A stretch of 64,000 nucleotides of DNA. Origin: Nemertoderma westbladi. Taxonomy: Eukaryota; Animalia; Xenacoelomorpha. Under the pieces are notes generated by a model, which worked only from the letters and a program-made list of their open reading frames with translations, made no database searches and was not told the DNA's origin. The stretch spans positions 1-64,000 of the forward strand of contig JAUCBJ010008074.1 of NCBI GenBank assembly GCA_032718475.1, given 5' to 3'. How positions within the stretch are numbered: the stretch's first letter is position 1; each line of letters opens with the position of its first letter. The position numbers and the translations under genes were made by a program. Of this stretch, positions 12,460 through 24,200 are shown one piece after another.

Positions 12460-14828
12460 TTGGAGTCGAGCGGAATTCCGGTTCGACTGGAATTGACAGT
12501 TCCGGTTACCGGAAAACCGGACTTATATACATTTATGTAACAAATGAGATGAATCGCATTTTTTCACAAACATCTATTTTTTCAGAAGTATAGCTGAAAA
12601 TTACTCAACATTTATTTTTATTGACTCTGTACAATTTTCAGATTTCATATCGTCGCTGATCTGGCAGAAAGGCCTAAGTGCACATTTTTCAAAAATTGGG
12701 GTTTTGTTGAATTTACAATCTTTGGACATTGCGGAGGTGTGGTAGAAACCTCAAAGTGATATCTGTGACCAAAACCTCACAAATTGTGATGTGCCGAATG
12801 AACAAAGTGAGATCGGCTGGAAATCCTACCTGGCAGAAAGGCCAAAGTGCAGAATAGTTAGCATATTCTTACTTTGAATCTTCTACCAAACCTCATTGTA
12901 AAACCATTTTAAGTTTAAATACATGTGGCAAAAAAGCCAAAGTGATTTTTCAGCCCACCCCTATTACTTAAGCTGTAGTGCTAAACTGAAAGTTTACTGT
13001 ATGTTCTTTTCTTCTGCTCTCTCTACGATTGTTGCTAGAGGTACCGGTATTTAAATTCATAGGCCAATAATAATTATTCTTTCCTTCATAACTGTATATT
13101 GTCAATGATAAACTGCTTCAGGGATAGGTTATGTTACTGAATGTAGTTGTTGCAATACTTTAATGTTATCTATTAAACTTCTGCTAGCAATATTTTATTA
13201 TTATCATATAAGTTTTAGTTTTAGTAATTAATCATTAAGAGTTCAAACGGATCATAGATTGGTTGTGCGTTATAGGGAAACTGATTTGGCTTTATTTTGG
13301 ACCCCTTACTTTTTATTAATATTTCTAATTAATACTGAATGTTATTTATAGGCCTATAATTAATACAAATTACTATAGGAAATACGAATAAATCTATTTG
13401 TAATATCATAAACTATGAGTACAGGGGTCTTTTACCCAATGAGTTGCTAAAAATTCTAGAACCAACAAGCATGATAGACCTATATTAACAATAGCGTTAT
13501 CACAACCACCATTATCACAGACATTAATATCTCAATAACCCCTGATGTTGTGATGTCTCCAGTAAGAGTTGACAATATCTCAATGAACGAGATTGTTGAC
13601 AATGGCTATTTACCTGAAGAAGTGTACGAAGGATTTGATACTATTACGGAGGTTGTATCCAACATGAAACGTGCTGAGACTAGGTTAAATGTAACAAAAC
13701 CCAAAAGGGCTTCAAAAGGTGAATCTCTAGAAAATTATCAAATTAGAACTAAAGCAATAGCCGCAGGGCTATCTTATACTAGTAATAGGGGGAGAAAATT
13801 CATTGATACTGTAGTAAGTAACCAACACGAGTAGAATGTGGCTGTCGTTATAAATGTTTCAATAACTTTACGTTTGATGATCAAAATCGTATTTTTAATG
13901 ATTTTCGCTCTTAATACCATCGTCTGCTACCACATTGGACAAACCCAGTTTATTGCAAACTAATATTGTCAAAAGAAATGATAAATATAATGTTTCTGTT
14001 CCACTTCACGGTTAAAAAAAATCCATTTTTAATGGAACTTTAAAATTTATTATCATGATTTTCTAGGTAAATTTATTTCCATTTTTAACCGCTTGTAGCA
14101 AAAGATTAAAAGCGAAAATTCCGACTCAACCGCTAAACAGTTGGAAAGTGAAATTATTTCTGCTTCAAATTTCATGCAATCTCATGAAGATTTAAAGAAA
14201 AATGGGAAGAGTGGGTGGTGTCACTCACTGAATCATGCATGTATCATTGTATACAATATCATCTGTACAATTAACAATCATCACTTTTACTTTTTTGCCA
14301 GACATATTTAATATATTTTAGAAAATTATTGGTGCCAAAAGGTCAAAGTGACCCTTGACCCAGAAACCAGCTAAATATATTTTTTACAAAAAGGTAATGT
14401 ATTGAACGTATGGGAAATTATTTAATTAGTATACGTTCCAAAATTCAGCGTAATTCATTTGTTTTTTAAAAAAGTTAGACAGAAAAACTCGATTATCTCA
14501 GAATGTCATTTTTGCACTTTGTCTTTTCTGCCAAATCAGCGATGATGTGTACTTAGTTATTAAGGCACAGTTTTACAAATTATATAATTTTGACTGGGAG
14601 TGGCATTTGATTGAAAATGGGTTGATGACAGGATCAGATAAATATTTGTTGAGAACCTGTGGATGTAACGTACAGGGCAGGGGTACACCTCACTGACGAT
14701 CCGAGACAAGGGGGAAACTGGACGCAAAACTCGCCTTGGCGAATTAATATCCCGCCTCAATGTTAAAGGTTCCGGTAAAATTTGTCTCATTCCGGTTCCG
14801 GGAAAAATTTAATTCCGCTCGACTCCTA
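12460..14828. mobile_element. Non-autonomous hAT-like DNA transposon
   Basis: TIR T(T/A)GGAGTCGAGCGGAATT at both ends. 8-bp TSD GTCCCAAT at 12452-12459 and 14829-14836. Confidence 0.85.
12651..14544 (+). mobile_element. Nested TIR DNA transposon, Sola-like, decayed
   Basis: Imperfect TIR CGTCGCTGATCTGGCAGAAAGGCCTAAGTGCA vs the 14513-14544 end, flanks ATAT/ATGT, and subterminal GGCAGAAAGGCCAAAGTG repeats. Broken ORF at about 13550-13915 ends with CGCRYKCFNNF..DQNRIFNDF. Superfamily call is tentative. Confidence 0.6.
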
Positions 14829-15092
14829 GTCCCAATACGTTTCCCTGTTGCCTGTGGGGTTCCAGGTGGCACGTCCGATACAACATTTAAGCTGGAAGCA
14901 GCAGCCCACTAGTATTTGCTGTTTACGATTTGAGAGAAACGCCTGTATTTAAGTGATCAACTTCCCACACAAATTCTCGTACCCAGTTCGCTTTGTGATG
15001 AGCTTCCCATGTACTATACAGAGTCGAACGCCTTGGCAAAGTCTATCTACACATCCAGATCCACACACTGCCCTACTTCATTGGTGTAAAAA

Positions 15093-15382
15093 AGGTTCCA
15101 CCTTGGTGTAGTGGTTGCATTGAATTCACATCTCCTGTAGGTCGTGGGTTCGATCCTCACATGGGCCAGGGCAGTTTTCGTTTCGGCACGAATGCTTTGA
15201 AGTGACCAGCCAGGGCGCATCTCTCTACCTTACATCCTTAAGTGGTAGCTAAATGAGTACTGGAGTTTCCTCTGGGGAGTAAAAAGTTCTGGGGGGACCG
15301 CACTGGAAATAAGTCGACAGACATTGTGCGTAATCCGAGGCCTATAGCAACCGAAGAAAACTTTTCTATTTTACTATACTTT
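15093..15382 (+). mobile_element. tRNA-derived SINE
   Basis: A box TGGTGTAGTGG, B box GGTTCGATCC, core-like GTAGCTAAATGAGTACTGG, and T-rich end. The same head recurs at 47488-47560 and 45023-45095. Confidence 0.7.
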
Positions 15383-15871
15383 TCCTTAGTGCATTCAAGT
15401 AGTTGCCTTCCAGACGAGTGTCGCTTTGGGAACTCATGTTGCGCTTTGTTAATTAAGTTGTTAACCGCCAGGTAAGAGAGAACCTCATTTTTGATACATG
15501 ATTCCATTAACTTGCATGCGATACAAGTTAAATGATTGATATTGGTCGGTAGTTATTTGGGTCAGAAGTCTTTTTTGTAGCATATGGGCATTAAGCCAGA
15601 TAGAAGGAAGTCAAATGAGATTTTAAATATATCCATTAGATGGACCGCTACTGTTGAAGCCAAGATTCTGTATAGGGCAGTAGGAAACCATCAGGAGTAG
15701 TTTTCGAGGCCAAGTCGGGTATTGCTTTTTGGATTTCAGTTCTTGTAATGGAATTACCCCGGTAAATGGGACCGGCAGACCGGCTCTGGTACTGTCCGCT
15801 TATTATATCTCCTCGGAACCAATTATCCAATTTTTTCCTTTTTTATTGATGTTGATGTCGACTTATTCTAG

Positions 15872-16201
15872 GGTGACGTGACACGCGATTCCCGATTAGG
15901 AAAGGTCCACACGCTGGATCTGAACCACGCCACCATCACCGGGTTGGCCTTCAAACAGTTCGGCAAGGGGTCTGTCTTGTTTCTAACGACAACCGAATCG
16001 GTTCAGGTGGTAGATCTAACTACCTCCACTCCCAAGATGACGTCATTGGACCGTCATGGCTGCGGTTTGAAGGCCAGTTGCCAGGCCGACCTGAGTCAGG
16101 ACTTCGAGTTTGTTGTGGGTCGAGACGAGGCTGTTTATTTCTATCATCGGGAAGGGAGAGGTCCCTGTCTGGCGGTGGAAGGAGATAAAACTAGCATACA
16201 G
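15872..16201 (+). CDS. VPS11: VPS11 exon 2
   Basis: Acceptor TTCTAG|GGT. Encodes GDVTRD...ITGLAF...AVYFY..EGRGPCLAVEG. Donor CAG|GTAGGT, phase 0. Confidence 0.9.
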
Positions 16202-17394
16202 GTAGGTGGGGGTACCTGTCTGGTGTTGGAGGGAGGGAGGGAGAGGTTCCTGTCTGGTGGAGGGGGGGAGGGGTCCCTTGTCCCTGTCTGGTGGAGGGAG
16301 GGAGGGGTCCCTCTCTGGTGGAGGGAGGGAGGGGTCCCTGTCTGGTGGAGGGAGGGCGGGGTCCCTGTCTGGTGGAGGGAGGGAGGGGTCCCTGTCTGGT
16401 GGAGGGAGGGAGGGGTCCCTGTCTGGTGGAGGGAGGGAGGAGTCCCTGTCTGGTGGAGGGAGAGAGGGGTCCCTGTCTGGTGGAGGGAGGGAGTCCCTGT
16501 CTGGTGGAGGGAGGGGTCGCTGTCTGGTGGTGGAGGGAGGGGTCCCTGTCTGGTGGAGGGAGGGAGGGATCCCTGTCTGGTGGAGGGAGGGAGGGGTCCC
16601 TGACTGGTGGATGGAGGGAGGGGTCCCTGTCTGGTGGTGGGAGGGAGGAGTCCCTGTCTGGTGGAGGGAGGGAGGGGTCCCTGTCTAGTGGAGGGAGGGA
16701 GTCCCTGTCTGGTGGAGGAAGGGAGGGAGGGGTCCCTGTCTTGTGGTGGAGGGAGGGGTCCCTGTCTGGTGGAGGGAGGGAGGGGTCCCTGTCTGGTGGA
16801 GGAAGGGAGGGGTCCCTGTCTGGTGGAGGGAGGGAGGAGTCCCTGTCTGGTGGAGCGAGGGAGGGGTTCCTGTCTGTATCTGGTGGAGGGAGGGAGGGGT
16901 CCCTGTCTGGTGGAGGGAGGGGGGGTTCCTGTCTGGTGGAGGGAGGGAGGAGTCCCTGTCTGGTGGAGGGAGGGAGGGGTCCCTGTCTGGTGGTGGATGG
17001 AGGGGTCCCTGTCTGGTGGTGGAGGGAGGGGTCCCTGTCTGGTGGTGGAGGGAGGGGTCCCTGTCTGGTGGAGGGAGGGAGGGGTCCCTGTCTGGTGGTG
17101 GAGGGAAGGAGGGAGAGGTCCCTGTCTGGTGGAGGGAGGGAGGGGTCCCTGTCTGGTGGTGGAGGGAGGGAGGGAGAGGTCCCTGTCTGGTGGAGGGAGG
17201 GAGGGGTCCCTGTCTGGTGGAGGGAGGGAGGGGTCCCTGTCTGGCGGAGGGAGGGAGGGGTCCCTGTCTGGTGGAGGGAGGGAGGGGTCCCTGTCTGGTG
17301 GAGGGAGGGAGGGGTCCCTGTCTGGTGGAGGGAGGGAGGGGTCCCTGTCTGGTGGAGGGAGGGAGGAGTCCCTGTCTGGTGGAGGGAGGGAGGG
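16202..17394. repeat. G/A-rich minisatellite (about 22-30 bp, GGTCCCTGTCTGGTGGAGGGAGGGAGG), left part
   Basis: Directly visible tandem array starting at the intron 2 donor and split by the BEL insertion. Confidence 0.97.
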
Positions 17395-18052
17395 TGTTAG
17401 CTTATTCAATCCCGCCAACACCCCATAAAGTTATTAGCCGATAAGCAATATTGGGAGCCGCGAGATTGGGTAATTAACCAACTCACGCCATCCCAATAAG
17501 AATGGGAAGGAAGCACACAATAGAGGGTCAGGGGCCAAACCCCTAACCCAGAGAACAGGTGGAGTGAACGGGAATACTCCACGGGGCGCCAACAAGGGTA
17601 TTAACCAATCAGAGGCGGGAATGGCATCGATTGAGTAGCAGTAAGGCCACCATGCAATATAACAAATAACCTATTAATCAGTGATTCAGTTATCTCAAGT
17701 GCAGCAGTGCTAGCGTAGGGTACAGCCAATTAGTTTAGTTAGGGGATCACGGGACTTTAGTTACCGTATCCCGCCTTGTACACATTCACAATATATCTAT
17801 ATCTTATAACCTCCTATTATACACCGAACTTCAGAACTCAGTCACTTTATTTCATCCTTATACACGGCGGGGACGCGTGGACTAAATTACCACAACCGGA
17901 TAAATCGGGATCCCCCTTGGATCCCTTCACAGTAACTAAAACGGTGTTGCTTCCCCAGCTAAACTCAGTAACTAAATCCGAGCTGCCGCCCTAGTTAAAC
18001 TCGAAGAACTACCGGTACAACCTAGCTAGCCGAATCATCAGCCACAAACGAG

Positions 18053-21000
18053 ATGAGTGAATCGGGCGAGACACCGACGCGGACCCCGGACGAAGACCTA
18101 ACGATCCGCGAGGCCGCGACCAAGCGATACAGGCCCACGACGCCGGAGCCATCGATAACGGGCGAACCGGAAGTCCAGGACGAGGAGGGCCTGGAACCCG
18201 AAGTCGAACCAAGAGAGAAAGAGAGCGAGACGGAGGGAGAGGGAGATGAGTCGACACGGAACGGAGAACGGCGCGCCGATGTCGCCGGCCAGCTACCGGC
18301 CGAGGGCGACGGGCGGCCCACCGAAACGGCGACGGTGGGGCCGACGGTGCGACGCCGGACGCGAAGAGACGGAGGAGAGATCGGTACCGATGTCGCCGGC
18401 CAGCTACAGGCCGAGGGCGACGGACGGCCCACCGGAACGGCGACGGTGGAGCCGCCGGTACGACGTCGAACCCGGAGGGACGGAGGAGAGGTCGGCGACG
18501 AGGACGTCGGGGTTTCTGACCGACTTCGACGGGCCTACAACGCGACCCGGAAGCTGATAAACGACGCCAAGAAGGAAGGGGCGAAGATAGACGAGGTGAG
18601 ACTGAGAAAGCGACTAGGTGAGTCGGATAGACACTTAAATTACCTGATACGTTTTGGGCAAAGAGAACTAGCCGGGGAGAGAGCAAAGGGAATTGCAGGC
18701 GAACTGTTTGAACTATGGGAGTGTGGGAGTATGGGACCTAGTATAGTGCCAGTGTACATAGGGCCATACTTAATCGATGCCCGGGGAGTAAAACCAGTGG
18801 GTTGGAAGGGACCTGAAGAGGGCGAATCCGAGGTTAACACCGAGGATTCGGCCTCGTCGGTCGGAGAAAGCTCCGAAAAGGGGGAGAAAGTTAGTAGGTC
18901 GGGAAGGCGGGGGAAGTCCGTCGTAACCGATAAGTCTGCTACATCCTCCGCGAAAGAAAGAGCGGTGAGAAAAATAGGAGCCACATACCGTCTCAGCATG
19001 GCAGAGCAAGGTCAGAGAGAAATGAAGGAACGGCTAGAGGAGGGAAGAGTGCGGTTAGAGAGGGAAACGGTATTGCTTAGGGAAACCGGAGAAAGGGCCG
19101 AAAGGGCTTTGAAAAGCCTAAGGGAGTATGATGAGATAGAGGAAAGGGAGTGTAGGGAGCGTGAAGCGAGAGAGGAAAAGGAACGCGAGGAGCGTGAGGC
19201 GAGAATGGAAAAGGAACGCGAGGAGCGTGAGGCGAGAATGGAAAAGGAACGCAAGGAGCGTGAGGCGGAACGCAAGGAGCGTGAGGCGGGAATGGAAAAG
19301 GAACGCAAGGAGCGTGAGGCGGGAAAGGAAAAGGAACGCAAGGAGCGTGAGGCGAGAAAGGAAGAGGAACGTAAAGAGCGTGGGGCGAGACGAAGGGAGA
19401 GCATTAAGAGTGCCGCAGACTCGGCCATCAAGGACACCCAGGAGCGTGAGGGGATAGTGGCAAAGGGTGAAAAGGAGCGCAAAGAATTAAAGGAACGGCA
19501 GAGTGAGTATGCGAAAGATATAATTAGAGGGACGCACGAGTTGGAATACGTGCGAGTGGGACCGCCGTCTGAAACCAGGGCCGGCTCGAGTATTTTTGAG
19601 GAGCCGAGGGCCGTAGACGTATTTGTTAATACTCCACTGACAGGGACCGCGCGACAGACTCAAGACTGGTGCGACCGTACGAGCGGGGGGGGTAATAATA
19701 ATAATGGTACAGTAGACGTTGTTGATATTAATAGTACCGTATGGGATAACGCTAATCAAACCTTTATTACAGGAAATACTTTGCCTGGTGGTAGTAATTT
19801 AAATTTAAATCAGAACGATCCTAGTGTTAATGTAGAAAATAATCCTAATATTGATGTAGTTACGCAAAATAATTCAAATAATCAAAATAATAACTCGAAT
19901 TCGGACCTACAAAATAACTTAAATAACGCAATTACACAGAATAATTCGAATAATTCAAATAATAATCTTAGCCCGAATTTACAAAATAATTCAGATAACA
20001 TAGTCGCGCAGAATAATACAAATGACTTTGTTTCAAATGAGCAAATTACTTCCGTTTCCAATATGGGTGCTATTAGTGTAGACACGTCGGGCCTACGTAA
20101 CCAGGGAGCAGAGGGCCTGGTAGGCCGCGTAGTTAGTAGACAGGGAGCAGAGGGCCTGGTAGGCCACGTAGTTGGTAGACAGGGAGCAGAGGGCCTGGAA
20201 GGCCACGCAATAGCAGAGGGAGAGGCGGGGGTGAATAGACCCGACTGTGGTAGGGTTGATGTGTCGACTAGAGAGATATATAGTAGCGGGGCGAGAGGTA
20301 GCGAAGTTAGATGTAGCGAGTGGGGGGGGGCTACGAGCACCCCACAACAGAGAGTTAGCGGCGAGAGGGGGGGGGGGGGGGGCAGAGAGTGTCCCACAGC
20401 CGTCAGCGGACAATGCGAGGGCCGAACAAGGTAAACCGCAACAACCGGCGACGGAGAGTAATAGGGGGATTGCGAGTATCCCCGGCGACGTGCGATCAAG
20501 CAGAGAAAGACAGGTTGACGTCGCGGGAGGGCAGACGGAACGTCGAGCCCGATCAGAGGAGGAAAGAAGAACAGTGGGGTTTAACCGGGAGGTCGACGAG
20601 AGATCTCGTGAGCGGGAATATTCCACTGATAGAAGAAGAGAGGAAGAGAGTAGTAGAAGTATCGCCGCAAAAGATAGAAGAGCGAGGACGGATAGCGAGC
20701 CGTCGGTAGTCGAGATGAGAACGGAGAGTCAGTGGGGTCGGACTCCGGGAGATTGCTGTCGCCCCGGAGGGATGCGATCCGGCGAGGCGCATTACGCGCC
20801 GAGAGAGGGGTACGCGATGTATCGGTACGAAGATGAAAACAGTGGAGAGGGGGGTCGAAGAGAAACTTTCCGACGGAATATACCTACCGATCGAGAATAC
20901 GGTAGCCGCGGGGAGGATTATTCGAGAAGAATAAACTTCGATCCCGAACAACACATGCAGACTGTAGGGCACACTGTAGGTCTTACTGCACATACCGTAG

Positions 21001-21250
21001 GCCATACTGAGAGAGGCGATGTAGGTGATAGGATAGCGCGGACAACGGGATTAAACCCGGAAGTCGCGGAATACATACCGGCGGGTAGGCCAGAAGCTGA
21101 TAGGCCTATACCGGTACCAGCACAGCAGTATGACTACAGCATGCAGGGACATAACATATACCCAGGGGAGGGGGGAATTATTGCGGATAGGTGTATGGGC
21201 CCCAACATATTAACATCAACCCCAGTACCAGACATACCGGTGGGGGGGGA
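18053..21250 (+). CDS. N-terminal part of the BEL gag polyprotein (charged coiled-coil and Asn-rich), split into ORFs 18053-20434 and 20247-21320
   Basis: Overlapping ORFs whose junctions coincide with G homopolymers (G16 at 20367-20382, G8 at 21242-21249). The first and third ORFs share the same frame. Confidence 0.65.
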
Positions 21251-24200
21251 CAGGGTGACATTCCCCCATCACAATATCAACAATATACCCCGACAGGAAC
21301 AAGAACAACGAGACCCCTAGATGAAAACAGGTCGTGTGATACAGACATATGGAGGGGGCCGCTACCCCCGATGACATATCCGAGTCAGAGAAGATCAAGA
21401 AGTAGGACGGACGAACCGCACCAGACAGGGGAAACTATACAGCACCCGTCGAATCCATTAGAAGCGCAGGCAATGGGGATGGCCACGTTGATCGATGCGT
21501 TGAAAACGAGGATCGAATTACCACCCGTGGAACCGTTCAAATTCGATGGGAGCAGGCCGGAAGAATACTTACAGTTCCGGCGAATGTATAGTAACGAAAT
21601 ACTAACAAAAAACTTGACGCAGGCGGAGTGCCTGAAGTATCTACAAGTGTACACGGGAGGCCCAGCATACGACATCGTGAGGCAATACCAAGGAATAGAG
21701 GGCGGCTTCACGACAGCATGGCGGGCACTGGATAGGGAATACGGGCACCCGGCCAAGATCATCAGGCAAACGCTGAGAGGCATAACATCGGGTGGCCTAC
21801 AGGATAATCCCGTTAGCATTAAGACGTTTGCTAACAAAGTCGAGAAGGCGCTGATCGTGCTGAAGACGTTAGACGCGCCATACGAACTCAACGCGTCCAA
21901 TAACATCACCACGATAGCGCAGGCACTACCGAGCTGGCTGCGCAACAAATGGAGGAAGGTTGCTTTCTCCACCCGAGACAAGAAGGGTGCGGAACCAGGT
22001 TTAGAAGAAATGTCAAACTTCTTAAATTACGAAGCTGAACTAATAACGGACCCAGTCTATAGTGAAGATAGCCTGGGAAAGGGACCAAAGACAGATCACT
22101 ACAGGCCCAAACCAGAGCACAATACATCGAACGCGCTACCGAGACTCAGGCAATCATTGCCATATGCAGCGACGCAGGGGACTGCAAGTCCACAGACAAG
22201 CGAAGATAGGACAACATCAAGGGACGGACAGGGGAACAATAACAACATGAATAAACATAACCCCAGTACGTCCAGTAGGTCAAACCCAGTCAATAAGAAT
22301 AGTAGGGACTTTGGTACGAATATAACTGCGATACGCAATGCATTGTATAAAGAGGGCTATGACCCAAAGAGCAAATGCCAGTTACACGCAAATGCGCTTC
22401 ATAAAACCATGAACTGCAGGTACTGGCAGGCGCTACCGAGGCAAGACCAGATAGATTACGCGTCGAGCAATAAAATCTGCTCGCGATGTGTGAAAAGTGG
22501 ACACAAGGCCAGGGAATGCCAAGAGAAACCGGTCAAGTTTGGCCAGAGGAGAGGCCAGACGATGGCAACGAGCACAGTAGGGGCGAAGAAGAGAGGAACA
22601 GTGCTACTTGGAGTAGTACCAGTACGAGTGATCGGGGAAGGCAATCGATCAGTAACAACATTAATGCTGGTTGATAGTGGAGCTGCCTTCACATTAGTTG
22701 AGGAATGGGTAGCCGAAGAAATAGGGTTGAGAACGAGGCCAAGCAGGATGGCGGTGACAACCATCTCTAGCAAAGACGAGATCCTAGAGATGAGGACAGG
22801 ACGGTGCGCAATTGCAGCAGTGGCACCAGGATGCGATTATGGGGCAACCATCGACCCCATCCAAGTAATAGAGTCAATTAACATCAATGCCAGGCGGCCA
22901 ACCAACATCGAGGTCGAGCAATACAAATTCCTGGACAACATTGACTTCTCAATCCCAGACGTGGACGTTAGGAAGGTATCCATCATAGTAGGCATGGACT
23001 GCCCAACGGCCCACGAGAGAATGCAGACGGTCTTCGGCGAAGACAAGCAGAGCGACCCGGTGGCCATATTAACGCCATTCGGGTGGACGCTGAGTGGTCC
23101 AATTAAGAGCAAGATACCATTCAGGATGTCGGAGACATCAGGATGCATGTTCGCGGGAACAATGCAGGAAATGGGTGACGAGGGAGCAGAGGAGCAGCTT
23201 AAAAGACTGCTCAGACAGGACTTCGAGGGACTGAAAGAGACCGGGGTCGGGACCTCGGTAGAAGACAAGCAGGCTCTACAAAGCGTGGAGGAAACGATGA
23301 CGTGTGATGAGGGGCGGTATACAATAGGAATGGTGTGGAAACTACCGAAGATACCGCTACCCGATAATAGAGGGATGGTGCTCACGAGACTCCGCAAGCT
23401 GAAACAAACACTACAACGGAGCCCCGAGAAGAACGAGTACATTCACAAAACCATTAAGAAGTACGTCGAGAAAGGATGGGCCGTGGAGTTACCGGTCGAC
23501 GAACCGAACACGGACAGGACATACTACCTGCCACTCCACGTAGCTTTAGACCCAAAGAAAGGTAAACTTAGGATGGTAGTCGATGCATCGGCAAAGACCG
23601 ACGGAAAGTGCTTAAACGATTACCTACTAGAGGGCCCAAACATATACAATTCGGGCATAGAAGTACTACTTAGATTTAGGAATGGGAAACACGCCTTCAC
23701 GTGTGACATAGAAGGCATGTTCAACCAAGTCCGAGTAACAGAAGAAGATAGTGACAGTCAACGCTTCTTATGGTATAACGGCGAAGAAGAACCGCCGGTA
23801 ATACCAGCGTATAAGATGGTAGTACAAAATATGGGGGCCAAGTCGTCCTCGTTTACGACGACTATGGCAGTGAGAGACACGGTAAAGGGCAAGGAAGATA
23901 GATATAGCAGTAGGGCCGTCGACATGATCAGACGCGGTTTCTACGTAGACGACGGCATGGAGTCTGGAAATACGGTTGAGGAGATACTGGAAACAGGGCG
24001 CGAGGTTCGCGACATCCTGAAAGGATCCGGCTTCAACCTGACCAAATTCCAATCCAGTTCAGAAGAATTTATCAGGGAAATAGAAGACAAGAAACCAGAA
24101 TCGACCATGGACAACCCTACAACAGCCAAAGGACAGGACATGGCGATTAAGAGAACGGAATCCCAGCAGAAGGCGTTGGGAATCGTGTGGGATAGAAAAA

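Larger units (their letters stand above)
12300..15830 (-). pseudogene. Decayed CR1/Jockey-group LINE reverse-transcriptase fragment, split by nested insertions
   Basis: Minus-strand remnants of RT motifs: NYRPISL-like, QHEF..RHSS..QLL, DFAKAFD (about 15023-15043), and QGNVLGPVLF / YINELP / KLYAVDAKLY across the 12452-14836 insertion. Boundaries are approximate. Confidence 0.7.

Noticed and set aside
16144-17444. Long Gly/Pro-rich ORFs in several frames (also 31343-33008)
   Set aside because: These are stop-free translations of the intronic minisatellite. VPS11 splice sites bracket the array.
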